64,000 nt of DNA from Negaprion brevirostris. Its lineage: Eukaryota. The position numbers and the translations under genes are program-made. Where the stretch lies: assembly GCA_030324005.1 (NCBI GenBank), contig JARDVH010000042.1:39881378-39945377 (forward strand), read 5' to 3'. Within the stretch, counting starts at the first letter, position 1, and the number at the start of each line of letters is the position of its first letter. Positions 13,276-24,925 of this stretch are shown in pieces. Below the pieces are notes generated by a model. It did no database searches and was not told the DNA's origin. It saw nothing but the letters and a program-made list of their open reading frames with translations.

Positions 13276-14649
13276 ACGGTGGTCAGAGAAAAATTCCAGA
13301 TTTGGAGGGAGATTTTAATTTTAGGCAGACTTGGAGCAGGCGGTGAGAGGACAGCTTGTGCCATCTACTAGAAGTCCTTGCTGTGAAACCCGAGTCACTG
13401 TGAAGGTTAGGGTCTCATTTGTTAACTACCTGTAAAAACCATACTGACATAATCTGATTATATAAAAGAGAAAAATCAAAAAAGTTGTAAGTCAGGGACA
13501 ATCAAATCAACTACATTTAGGTTATGAAGCAACTGAAAATTTTCACCTCTCCCATGTGTCAGTAATTACTTCATGTGACTGACAGTCATCTAACAACATT
13601 AGAAAGTCCAGATAGATAGTTTGTTAGTCCATCAAACATCAGATCAACACCAATGTGAGTTTATTTCTTATACCAAAGGTATATTACAACCTGTGACTGA
13701 TATAACAATGACAAGACATTTTCAGTTATAAAGCAGTGTATCCTCAAGCACCTGAAATCAACATGATTTCAAAATACAGCTTTTCCTCATGAATAACAAT
13801 TCTGAATATTCTTTAAATTCCCTGGATGCCTCTTAAACTGTATGAACAATGTCATTACTAGAATACAGAGTACTATGGATGAAGAGTTCACTCTGTATTC
13901 TTTTCTTTTACAAAGAACAATGTATTTGCACTTACATAGTTCTGTCATGTGAAAGAATCTCTGTGCAATACAAGGGGAAAAACAAAACATTGAACAAATT
14001 AAATGATTCAACAATATGAAGAAAGTCATATTTTTAAAGAGGCTTTTCAAGGAAGGGACAGAAAGCACTGCTTGGAAGAAGACTGAAAAACTAGCTTGGA
14101 ACAACTGAAAAATACAATAATAAAATACTGCAGTTGCTGCGGGCTAGGAAACAATTAGTTCTTCGTTCTGAACCTACCCCTTTGAGGAGTTTGGTGGAGG
14201 AGGAGGGCAGTCACTGCTTAATTGTCATGGAGATAGGTTTTACATCCAATTAGATGAGGCAGGTGAGTTCTTGAAGTTGGAAAGCCAATAAGACGCCTTC
14301 CACAGCCACAAGCTGCAGTAAAGAATAAGTAACTAAAACAGTTTTTCAAAATGGCACTATCAAAGCAATCATTTAAACAATTAAAAAGCAGAAAGATATC
14401 AACATGACAGGGTGAATTCCATCTACAGGGCAGCCTATGGGTGCAGTTCCACCTAGTCAGATAGGCCTGCAAGGAGCACTGCCCCTCCCACAAGCCGGAA
14501 ACCAAGTGCTTGCCTCCACTGAGTCGGAAAACTGGAAGCCGACTGAAAGATCCCAGTTGGCCTCCTTTGAAAGTGCTACCAAAGTTCTTAATGAGCTTAA
14601 TTGGCTACCTGCCTATTGGGATTCAGTTTGTTGACGTCTTATCCCAGCC

Positions 14650-14775
14650 CTGACAAAGTGTTATCAACCTGAAACTTTAACTCTGTTTCTCCGCAGATGC
14701 TGCCTGACATGCTGAGTGTTTCCAGCATTTGAGTTTTTATTTCAGATTTCCAGCCTTCACAGAATTGAGCTTTCG
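14650..14775 (+). mobile_element. Penelope-like element 3' terminal fragment
   Basis: 'ctgaaactttaactctgtttctccgcagatgctgcctgacatgctgagtgtttccagcat...tttcagatttccagc' is homologous in reverse to 23330-23460, which is linked to a GIY-YIG-like remnant. Confidence 0.65.
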
Positions 14776-14802
14776 TTTTTCATTATAAGGAATCAGGCTT
14801 AC

Positions 14803-15029
14803 AGTGATCTGCATAGAATGAAAAACCACTGAAATTCAAGTCCATCCACAACAAACACTTGGGCAGGTTAGATTGTGATACAATGTTGGAATTTTAGCTG
14901 AGGCTTATTGAAAGATAATCAATTCAAGTGCAAATCATGCAAGATGCATGCATTTGTTGCCTGATAAACCCAGTCCACACACAAAATACGCAATGGCAAT
15001 GGGTGTTGGGAGACAATGAGGAAATAGAC
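14803..15029 (-). ncRNA. Candidate exon of minus-strand transcript
   Basis: Good acceptor with branch-like motif (ttactcaccatttttacctgcag|); donor act|gtaagc is weaker. Confidence 0.25.
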
Positions 15030-15406
15030 CTGCAGGTAAAAATGGTGAGTAAGTGATATTTTTTGTCTGTCTAATGACTTTGGCCAAGAAGGCAATCGCA
15101 ACCTGATAACCTTCAAAAACCTGGCTTAACAAGGAGCACTGTTGTAAATGTGTGAGCCAAAACATGTGGCATTATTGAAGATGAAACAACAATTCAGAGA
15201 AAGTAAAGCTGTAATGTGATTCGTGAAGATCTTAAAGAAAGATTCTATCACTGGCTTAAAACAGCCACAGAGATCAATATCCAGCATCCAGAAACACATT
15301 ATAAGCAAAGACTTAAAGTTTTATCTGTTCTTCAGGCATTGGAAACTTCAAGTGTACAAATGGGTTGTTGGATCACTTTAAGTCGCTGCATGACTTAAAA
15401 TTTTAG

Positions 15407-15553
15407 TAAGAAATCTCACAACACCAGGTTGAAGTCCAACAGGTTTACTTGGAATCACGAGCTTTCGGAGCTCCACTTCCTCAGGTGAGTCATCACGAGC
15501 TTTGAGATTTCTTACTGTGTCCACCCCAGTCCAATGCCAGCATCTCCACACCA
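15407..15553. mobile_element. Compact Penelope-derived insertion (inverted terminal segments) with near-perfect 12-bp TSD
   Basis: Flanks ttaaaattttag (15395-15406) and ttaaaattgtag (15554-15565); 14-bp inverted repeat agtaagaaatctca (15405-15418) / tgagatttcttact (15503-15516). Confidence 0.7.
15455..15488 (-). ncRNA. Minimal hammerhead-ribozyme-like motif (probably degenerate)
   Basis: Minus strand reads tcac-CTGAGGA-agtggagctcc-GAAA-gc-TC-gtga: CUGANGA and GAAA cores, tcac/gtga stem I, UC triplet end; stem II is damaged. Confidence 0.5.
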
Positions 15554-16574
15554 TTAAAATTGTAGACAGTTGTTGGTGAAAAGTTTAGGGGCTAATGTAG
15601 GCGCACAACTCTGGCTGTTTTTCAATCTCATTTGGAAACAGATGTTTATGACTGCAGCAAAGCTGAGCACTTCTTATCAATTCCTTTCCCAATAAATGTC
15701 TGGACATTGCAGATGATACATTGCTGGCACTAAATAAAGGATACAGTAAATCATTCTCCTACTGGAAGGAAACCTGATGGAACCAGTTGCGTGCCTCATT
15801 TTTTTTAAACGGCAGTAATTCAGAGCTGTTTTAGAAGTGTAAAGATGCCGCCAGCAGGAAAAACCAAGAAACTTTGGATCAGATTTATGGACAGAATAAT
15901 ACTATATCAAAACTTGGCTGCTGGTCATGGATAATGGCTCTGTACACTCGAAAATTAAAGACCCAGTCACCATGCACTTTCTCTCTCCAAATGTAACAAG
16001 TGTTTTACAGCCCACGAATCAGTTATTCGGTGCTGCAAATCATGACACAGATGGTTACTACTGAGGGAGATGATAGAGTATTTAAAAAAAAAAATCAGGC
16101 CAACGTTTTGCAAGCCATGCACATCAGCAAGGTGTTTTGAAAACTACTTTAAACATGTTGTATGGCCTGCAGAAAATGGGGATCTAAATCAAGGAGATGC
16201 CATCTGTTAAAAAGCAATGTGATTCACATAGAACTTTAGAATCAGAATTCTTGTCAATTGAATTCGAAGAAAAGCAAACCCCTACATGAACAACTATAAT
16301 TAATTCTTTGAATTGAGAAAGGTAACAAGGACGTAAGAGTTACAGAGGTCAATGACCCGGATCATTTGGTCAGCAGCGGAGCAGGTGTGCCTAGTCTGAA
16401 TCCAGTGCTAAGTAGAGTCAGGAGGTCAAGTTGTGGTGTGATTCCAGCAAAACCATGCCATCCTTTCATCATAAACTATAGCTGTGCCCTTTAAGTTCTG
16501 TCTTCACATCACTAATTTGCAGAGTTTTTAAATGGACTTGACAACATCCAAACTGCAGAGGTGAGAGAAGGGGT

Positions 16575-16870
16575 AAGCAACAATTCCACCCCATTACCTC
16601 CACAATGTTCACTACTCCCTCACCTCTAACAATGCTCACACTCCTCATGTCACACCACAGTGCTCATCCCCCTTTAACTCCCAACATTGCTCACCACCAT
16701 CTCACTTCCCAATAATGCCCATTCCTCTCACCGGTGACAATACTCACTGTTCCCTCATTCCCTGGTTGTGCTAAACCCCTCCCTTACCCCCTGACAATGT
16801 TCACGCCCATCTCCCTCCCCCACACAGGCTGACCCTCCTCACCTCTTACCCTGAGAAATGTTCATGCCCT
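16575..16870. repeat. Degenerate minisatellite, ~29-bp C-rich unit, ~10 copies
   Basis: Recurring acaatg(c/t)tcac...cctcac at roughly 28-30 bp spacing. Confidence 0.75.
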
Positions 16871-17629
16871 TTGTCAAATGCCTACAAAAATGCTGATTTT
16901 TCTGACAACAGCCAGACAGGAGCCACAAATTGAGGGAAGGAAGTTTGGGGCCTGGGGAGACAGAACAGGAGGGATTGAATACTGGTGCAGTGGGGAGCAG
17001 GTGGAAATTGAGCATTGCTGGGGCATTCAGGCATTGCAAATCAAAGGGAAGGCTGAGCGTTTTCATGGTTGCCATAGCGCTGGCATGCCTTGACCCTCCA
17101 GCTGATTTACTTTGAGCTGCACCCCTAAGCAGGCTTTGCATCAGCTAGGAGAAGAAATTGTGTTTTCAAAAAAAGGGATATATATAATGCAAACAGCCCC
17201 AGTTTCTGCGGTCCTCGCCATCTAATCCCACTACCCTAGGGAATCGTGCAGCAGTCCAGGCAGCATGAAACCAGCAATCACAAGCTTAAATTTCCTGTGT
17301 TCAGTACTGCGCATGTTCACAGCTTGGGATTTCCTCAGGGTCACCAAGTTAAGCAGAGTCATTGTTCCTCCACATATTGGAAGGTTCTGGGCATTATCTC
17401 TTCATTGGGTGAATTCAGAAAGGAAATTGCAACTATGCAAAATTTGAAGCAGTTGTTACCTCTATCAAAGGATCTCAGGATTAAAATAGAAACAGTGTGC
17501 ATTGAGAAATGCAGAGGAAACTCTAATGATGCTCAATTCAAATGGGTTGTTTCTTCAACTTGGTGATGCAGCAAATTGTTAAATCCTATTACAGTAAACA
17601 CCTCCAGTGGGTTTGTTATTGTGACACTC

Positions 17630-18000
17630 ACCATTACTTTTGAATTGTAGTCACTATTATAATGCAGGCGAACACCAATTTGTACTCGCACCAATTTGTA
17701 CTCAGGACAGTCTCACAAATAGCAATGAGATAGGCAAACAGATAATTTGTTTTACTGGTGTTGGTTGAGAAATAAATGTTAAGAAAGAACTCCTTTCCTT
17801 GGTTCAAGTAATGCCATGGGGCTTTTTCAATCCTGGCAGACAAGAGAATGATTTTAATAAATCAGCCAAAAAAAAAAATCAAATATTACAGCAGTCCTCC
17901 TATACTGCAGTAAACAGTCTTGTTTATGCATCAAGTACTGGAATGAGATTGAACCTACAATCTTCTGAGTCAGAAGCAAAAATACAACTGGGCCAAGGCT
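17630..18000 (-). mobile_element. Deu-domain-type SINE (SacSINE1-like)
   Basis: 'ttgtagtcactattataatgcagg...cacaaatagcaatgagata...tgttggttgag...gccatggggctttt...ttgaacctacaatcttctgagtcagaagc'; tRNA-like head at right end. Confidence 0.7.
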
Positions 18001-18114
18001 AACCAGTATTACTGAAACCAACACAATTTGTTTGAATGAATACCCAAGAGATTTCTGCCTGTATGATACTTTACCAAAATATGAAGAGAATGTTTTTGAT
18101 GATGGATATACATC

Positions 18115-18262
18115 CAAAAGACATGCTGGTTAGGTGCATTGGCCATGCCAAATTCTCCCTCAGTGTATCCGAACAGCTGCTGGAGTATGGTGACTTGGGG
18201 ATTTTCACAGTAACTTAATTGCAGTGTTAATGCAAGCCTACTTATGACACTAATAAATAAAC
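18115..18262 (+). mobile_element. HE1-type SINE 3' half
   Basis: 'ggttaggtgcattggccatgccaaattctccctcagtgt...ttttcacagtaacttaattgcagtgttaatg...cactaataaataaa', near-identical to 43020-43150. Confidence 0.8.
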
Positions 18263-18829
18263 TTTAAAAAAAATACAACCTACTAGATGTAGATTTTACA
18301 AGTGTTTTGGAAATACACATTCTTTCATTTCCAGAATGAACTTAAATTTCTATCTTGCCTGATTTCTCAAAGCATGTCCAACCCTGATTCACATTCAATA
18401 CACTACAATGGTAACTGTATTTGGATGGTAATGTTAGCCACTCTGAACAAAGTGGCAATGAGATGAATGGCCACTGGATCTAAGCTTTTTTTATTGGCAA
18501 ACTTTGGATAAGGATGGAATGTTAGCCAGAAGAAATTTCTATTGTTCTTTTAAATGCTAAAATGGGATTTTGTACTTTCATCTGAATCAGCAGAAGAGGC
18601 AATCGTGGCATTTTTTTAAATCAAGTCATTTAAACAGCACTACCAACAACAATACAGAATTTCCAAAGTACTTATTTGAAATCTAAACCTGCTCAAGTCC
18701 TGAAGGAATCTTGAATCCACAACACCAGAGCCAACATGATGCAAGGTATGTTGAAGATGAACATAAAGTATTGTTACTGAAATATTGCTAAATAAATACA
18801 GCTCCATTAACAAATGTAGTAGCATAGGA

Positions 18830-20610
18830 ACATATGAAATGAGTTTTCCATTTAGTTTCCCAAGGCTGTTCTGCTATTCATGACTGCTTTTCAACCTTTT
18901 CATTAATTCTCAAGCAATTTCCAAACAATAAATGTTAGGCTAACTTGTCTACAGTTCCAAGACTTCCTCTCTCATCTTTCCAAAATAACGGAGTGACCGG
19001 CACAATTTTCCAATGTATAGGAAGAGTTTAAATCAAAATAATTTTGGAATATTATAGTTAGGGCATTTGCATTGTCCTCACATTCTTTCTTGGGATGAAA
19101 ACCATCTGGTTCTGAGGATCTGTCACAATTTAGTGCCTTTATTTCCTTAGTCACTGTAATTTTGTTTCCATTAACTTTTGTTTACCCATTCCTAATCTAA
19201 TATTGGCTTCCTTGGATTGTTGGTCAATCCATATTTTTGCATCAGCAGAGCAAAGTAACTATTCAACATTTTAACTATTCCTTTAATAGCACAGTTATCA
19301 GTTAATAAGAGAAGCCCAGGTTGCTCCTGAGCACCTTGATTTCTTAACATAATTGTAAACTTTTTTCTTAATGTTGATTTTAATATCACTTAGAAGTCTC
19401 TTCTCATACCGATTTTTTTTTGTAGCTCTATCTATTTTGTCATCCTTTGCTGTTCCTTGTGACACTCTCAGTTGCCAGGATTGTTCAATTTTTGCATTAT
19501 TTTTGCAAAAATAATGAGAGAGGGAGTCTAAATATGCCAGTGAGCCTGGCTTCAGAGCGCTCGGGGGCCCCGATTTCACTGTGCACTGGGAGACCCACCC
19601 CCCCACCCCCGCAACGGATATCCCCTTTGCCCACTGGTGGCAGCATGTTTCCTTCCCTCCCCAACATGGGCTGTGGGCATCAGGACCCTCCCAGTGGAAC
19701 CGCCAGTATGACCCCCATCAGGAGCCCTGACATCAAGTCCCACAACATGATCCACCACTGAATGCCCCCCCTCTGCTTCCCTTCCCCACATCATAAACTC
19801 AACCAGCCCCACAAACTTGATGCTGCCCCAGCACACTGCCGGTGCCCAACTAGCACTACCAGGGGGGCCAGACAGCCACTGCCCAATGGGCACTGCCAAC
19901 ATCCCCCCCCCCCCCCCCCCCCNNNNNNNNNNNNNNNNNNNNNNNNNNNNNNNNNNNNNNNNNNNNNNNNNNNNNNNNNNNNNNNNNNNNNNNNNNNNNN
20001 NNNNNNNNNNNNNNNNNNNNNNACATCCCCCCCCCCCCCCACACCCCTTCCTCCTGTGAGCATGGCCACTGGGCCGACTGTCTGCTAGTCTGCTATTGGA
20101 GACCAGTAGTGGCTCACGCCGGTGTAACTTCCTGACAGAAGAGATGAGAGCAATTCAGGGAATCACGTGCCAAACTCAGATGAGATTGAAATCCAGTCAA
20201 TCTTGTGCAAATTGGCCTCGCACCCTACCAGTTCCTGCCATTGGAAAGAGGCCAGAACAACTGCAAACTGTTTGGTTTTGCACCCTGCACCAATCTTTAG
20301 GCTCAAACGCTATTGTCCGGGATCTGTATGATCTGAGTAGGGCATAGCGAGGTCGGAGTAAAACCAACCCCCCACCACCCCCCTTATCTCTCTGGGGTAT
20401 AAACTAGTTCTGTGTCATGTTAAATTCTTTCTTGAACACATCCTACTTACCTTCTGACTTTTTGTCCATTAACAGATTTTCCCATTTTACTGCAGAGCTT
20501 CTGTCTCGTTGAATTTAAGTAGTCTTACCTAAAGAGGCTGTTTTGTTTCTCCCCTTGAAACATAATGTGAACTATAATCATATTATGATCACTATTACAT
20601 AAATATTTAT
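18830..20610 (-). mobile_element. Decayed CR1 LINE (endonuclease end to RT start), split by an insertion at about 19500-20370
   Basis: ORF 18972-19154 (DRSSEPDGFHP..LTIIFQ) matches the KSPGPDG.HP motif; antisense NYR.VSLT near 18935-18958; SDHN motif antisense near 20583-20594. Confidence 0.7.
19500..20370. mobile_element. GC-rich non-autonomous element nested in CR1
   Basis: Abrupt composition shift to C-rich sequence with poly-C runs around an N gap; CR1 sequence resumes on both sides. Confidence 0.5.
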
Positions 20611-20624
20611 GCAACAACAGTATC

Positions 20625-22555
20625 CGAGGCTCATCCAATTTCAGCTGCTTCATCAATTACCTTCTTTCCAACATAAAACCAGAGTGGGAATGTTTACTGA
20701 AGCAGGGCTACTAAAGTAGTCCCTGTCAACATGCAGCAAGATCAGAACAACATTAAGGCTTGGAATGATAAATAACACTCACACCATACAACTTCCAAGT
20801 GACAACTATCTCCAGCAAGAGAAAATCCAACCAACTTCCCTTAACCTTCAACAGTATCTCCATCACAAAATCACACACCATCATGAGATTAACCTTTGAC
20901 CAAAAACTTAACTGGACTAGCCATGTAAATACTTTGGGTACAAGAGCAGGTCAGAGGCTAGGAATTCTGCTAAAAGTAACTCTTCTCCTGACTCCCCAAA
21001 GCTTGTCCTCATCTACAAGGCATAAGAAATCGAAGCGGGAATAGGCCACTTTACCCCTCAAGCCCACTCTGCCATTGAATAAGATCATAATAGATATGAC
21101 TGTGGCCTCATCTCCACTTTCCTGTTTGCCCCACATAACCCTTGACTTCCCTGTAGAATAGCCACACGTTAGAAGTGTGATGGAATACTCTTCACTTTTC
21201 TGGATGAGTGTGGGTTCAAACAACACTTAAGAGGCTTGATAACATCCAGGACGAAGCTGCTTGCTTGACTGGCACCCCATCCACCACCTTAAACAATCAC
21301 TCACCCCATCACTGACCCATATATGTGGAAGAGATTTGCACTGCATCTACTCACCAAGGCTTCTTATGATAGTACCTTCTGNNNNNNNNNNNNNNNNNNN
21401 NNNNNNNNNNNNNNNNNNNNNNNNNNNNNNNNNNNNNNNNNNNNNNNNNNNNNNNNNNNNNNNNNNNNNNNNNNNNNNNNNNNNNNNNNNNNNNNNNNNN
21501 NNNNNNNNNNNNNNNNNNNNNNNNNNNNNNNNNNNNNNNNNNNNNNNNNNNNNNNNNNNNNNNNNNNNNNNNNNNNNNNNNNNNNNNNNNNNNNNNNNNN
21601 NNNNNNNNNNNNNNNNNNNNNNNNNNNNNNNNNNNNNNNNNNNNNNNNNNNNNNNNNNNNNNNNNNNNNNNNNNNNNNNNNNNNNNNNNNNNNNNNNNNN
21701 NNNNNNNNNNNNNNNNNNNNNNNNNNNNNNNNNNNNNNNNNNNNNNNNNNNNNNNNNNNNNNNNNNNNNNNNNNNNNNNNNNNNNNNNNNNNNNNNNNNN
21801 NNNNNNNNNNNNNNNNNNNNNNNNNNNNNNNNNNNNNNNNNNNNNNNNNNNNNNNNNNNNNNNNNNNNNNNNNNNNNNNNNNNNNNNNNNNNNNNNNNNN
21901 NNNNNNNNNNNNNNNNNNNNNNNNNNNNNNNNNNNNNNNNNNNNNNNNNNNNNNNNNNNNNNNNNNNNNNNNNNNNNNNNNNNNNNNNNNNNNNNNNNNN
22001 NNNNNNNNNNNNNNNNNNNNNNNNNNNNNNNNNNNNNNNNNNNNNNNNNNNNNNNNNNNNNNNNNNNNNNNNNNNNNNNNNNNNNNNNNNNNNNNNNNNN
22101 NNNNNNNNNNNNNNNNNNNNNNNNNNNNNNNNNNNNNNNNNNNNNNNNNNNNNNNNNNNNNNNNNNNNNNNNNNNNNNNNNNNNNNNNNNNNNNNNNNNN
22201 NNNNNNNNNNNNNNNNNNNNNNNNNNNNNNNNNNNNNNNNNNNNNNNNNNNNNNNNNNNNNCCAAGGCTTCTTATGATAGTACCTTCTGAACCCATAACC
22301 TTTATCACCAAAAGGAAAAGGGCAGAAGACACCTGGGAACACCATCACCTACAAGTTCCCCTCCAAATTACCACCATCCTAACTTGGAACTATTTTGCCA
22401 CTCCTTCACTGTTGCTGTGTCAAAAACCTGGAATTACCTCTCTAGTCGCAGTGTCATTGAACCTAAACCGTATGGATTACAGTAGTTCAAAACTACCATC
22501 TTCTCAAGCACATGTAGGAACGGACAAAAAGAACGCTGGCCTTGTCATGACACTT
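20625..22555 (+). mobile_element. Decayed non-LTR retrotransposon (CR1-group) RT C-terminus and 3' end
   Basis: FSCFINYL, GMF(T), MQQD.NNI.AW, ORF 20799 DQKLNWTSHVNT..TRAGQRLGIL, then VRSVMEYS at about 21168. Confidence 0.8.
21022..21157 (-). mobile_element. CR1 3' tail inserted antisense into the preceding LINE
   Basis: 'cataagaaatcgaagcgggaataggcca...ccattgaataagatcat' is the reverse complement of the tail at 41450-41530; host RT motif resumes afterwards. Confidence 0.75.
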
Positions 22556-22574
22556 CTAACAAAAAGCAAAAATG

Positions 22575-22790
22575 CTCCTGGAATTCCCTCTCTGAACTTC
22601 TACAATTCTTTGTCCGTCTTTACACCTGAAAGACACCCCTTAAAACCTGCCTGGTCGGCCAAGCTTTCGGTCATCCACCCTAGTATCCTTATTTGGTTTG
22701 GTGTGAATAATTTTTATGACACCCCTATGAAGCATGTTGGAACTTTTTAATATGTGAAAGATGCTGTATAAATGCAAGTTGTTGCTGTAG
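22575..22790 (+). mobile_element. L2-type 3' end
   Basis: 'ctggaattccctc...cttaaaacctgcctggtcggccaagctttcggtca...gatgctgtataaatgcaagttgttgctg'. Confidence 0.65.
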
Positions 22791-23329
22791 TAATCCAAAC
22801 AAGTGACACTCTGTTCAAGTATAGAAAACTGTCATGGTTTACACATGGACTTTAAGACATTTGTTCGAACGAACCACATTTTGCAAAACACAAAAGGGAC
22901 CCACAACTCGAATACTAAAAGGCTGTAGATATCTTGTGGAAAATCTGTACATAAATCAGATCAGCCCAAATCCTGTCATTACTCAGCACTACAATGTCAT
23001 GCAGCTGTTTGTAGTGGTTTGAGGAACCAGCAGGGGTTGGAAAGTCTTCTTACTTGACTCCAACATGATCACAGTTGAACCTCATCAAAGTAAGTGTTCA
23101 TAATTTGTCACAGAAAGGAGCCAATTAACATATGCTCGGAAACGGCTCGAAAAGATAATATATGATTAAAGGCCAAACACAGCTGTTAAAAATCAAAACC
23201 TCTGCAGTTTGAAAGAAACCTCAGATTGGTTCATGTGATCATTAATCTGATAAAGTTTGTTCTTAAGGGCAAAAAGACTACAAAAAGAGAAAAAAAAGAG
23301 ACTTTCCAGCAGAATTTCAGGATGATACA

Positions 23330-23770
23330 AAAGCAAAGTAACTTGGATTATGGAAATCAGAAATAAAAGCGGAAAATTCTGGAAATATACAGGGGGTCGA
23401 GTGGCATCTGTGGAGAGAGAAACAGAATTAACATCCAGATCAATTACCTTTTGTCAAAACCAGAAAAGCTTAAGCAATGCAACAGGTTTTAGGCAAGTAC
23501 ACAAGCAAATAAAGGAAAGAAGGGAAAATATATAAGGCAAGGTCTATGATAGGACGGAATGCAAGATAAAAGGGCCAGGTAATGCAAGAGGTAGAGACAC
23601 AAAAAAAGGGTCCAGAGAAGGGATAAATATTAAAAACAGAACCATTAACAACTGCTGCAGTCTGAAACAAAAAATGGGGCAATGGCTATGATCTGAAATT
23701 GTTGAATTCAAAAGGTGAAAAAGTGTTTAATTGAAAGGTGAAGAGCTGTTCCTCCAACTTATGTTGAACT
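23330..23770 (-). mobile_element. Penelope-like element remnant (GIY-YIG C-terminus plus 3' terminal region)
   Basis: Minus strand about 23687-23770 translates to VQHKLEEQLFTFQLNTFSPFEFNNFRS*, resembling the PLE C-terminal RKLEEQHLIF..LN.EFNNF; terminal region homologous to 14650-14775. Confidence 0.65.
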
Positions 23771-23774
23771 TGGA

Positions 23775-24925
23775 ATCACTGAATCCCTACAGTGCAGACT
23801 GATGGGCTGAGTGGTTTTCCTCTGCACAGAGCAACCCACCCTGGTCCTATCCCTGTATTTACCCCACTAATCCCCCTAATTTACACATCTTGGGACAACA
23901 ATAAGGGGCTACTTAGTATGGCCAATCCATCAAACCAGGACATCTTTGGACTGTGGGAGGAAACCGCAGCACCCAGAAGAAACCCACGCAGACATGAGGA
24001 GAATGTGTAAACCCTACACAGACAGTCAGCCAAGGCCAGGATTGAACCCGGGTCCTGGTGCTGTGGGGCAGCAGTGCTAATCATTGNNNNNNNNNNNNNN
24101 NNNNNNNNNNNNNNNNNNNNNNNNNNNNNNNNNNNNNNNNNNNNNNNNNNNNNNNNNNNNNNNNNNNNNNNNNNNNNNNNNNNNNNNNNNNNNNNNNNNN
24201 NNNNNNNNNNNNNNNNNNNNNNNNNNNNNNNNNNNNNNNNNNNNNNNNNNNNNNNNNNNNNNNNNNNNNNNNNNNNNNNNNNNNNNNNNNNNNNNNNNNN
24301 NNNNNNNNNNNNNNNNNNNNNNNNNNNNNNNNNNNNNNNNNNNNNNNNNNNNNNNNNNNNNNNNNNNNNNNNNNNNNNNNNNNNNNNNNNNNNNNNNNNN
24401 NNNNNNNNNNNNNNNNNNNNNNNNNNNNNNNNNNNNNNNNNNNNNNNNNNNNNNNNNNNNNNNNNNNNNNNNNNNNNNNNNNNNNNNNNNNNNNNNNNNN
24501 NNNNNNNNNNNNNNNNNNNNNNNNNNNNNNNNNNNNNNNNNNNNNNNNNNNNNNNNNNNNNNNNNNNNNNNNNNNNNNNNNNNNNNNNNNNNNNNNNNNN
24601 NNNNNNNNNNNNNNNNNNNNNNNNNNNNNNNNNNNNNNNNNNNNNNNNNNNNNNNNNNNNNNNNNNNNNNNNNNNNNNNNNNNNNNNNNNNNNNNNNNNN
24701 NNNNNNNNNNNNNNNNNNNNNNNNNNNNNNNNNNNNNNNNNNNNNNNNNNNNNNNNNNNNNNNNNNNNNNNNNNNNNNNNNNNNNNNNNNNNNNNNNNNN
24801 NNNNNNNNNNNNNNNNNNNNNNNNNNNNNNNNNNAGTACCCCCTACACAGACAGTCAGCCACGGCCAGGATTGAACCCGGGTCCTGGTGCTGTGGGGCAG
24901 CAGTGCTAATCATTGTGCTATCGTG
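23775..24925 (-). mobile_element. HE1-type SINE with its head duplicated across an N gap
   Basis: 'catctttggactgtgggaggaaaccgcagcacccagaagaaacccacgcagac...ttgaacccgggtcctgg...gcagcagtgctaa'; 24012-24086 recurs at 24841-24915. Confidence 0.85.

Noticed and set aside
13400-13420. Partial complement of miR-125 (gttagggtctca)
   Set aside because: Match stops before the seed end and there is no hairpin partner
16575-16870. CRISPR-like periodic array
   Set aside because: Vertebrate DNA; units are diverged tandem copies without unique spacers or cas genes
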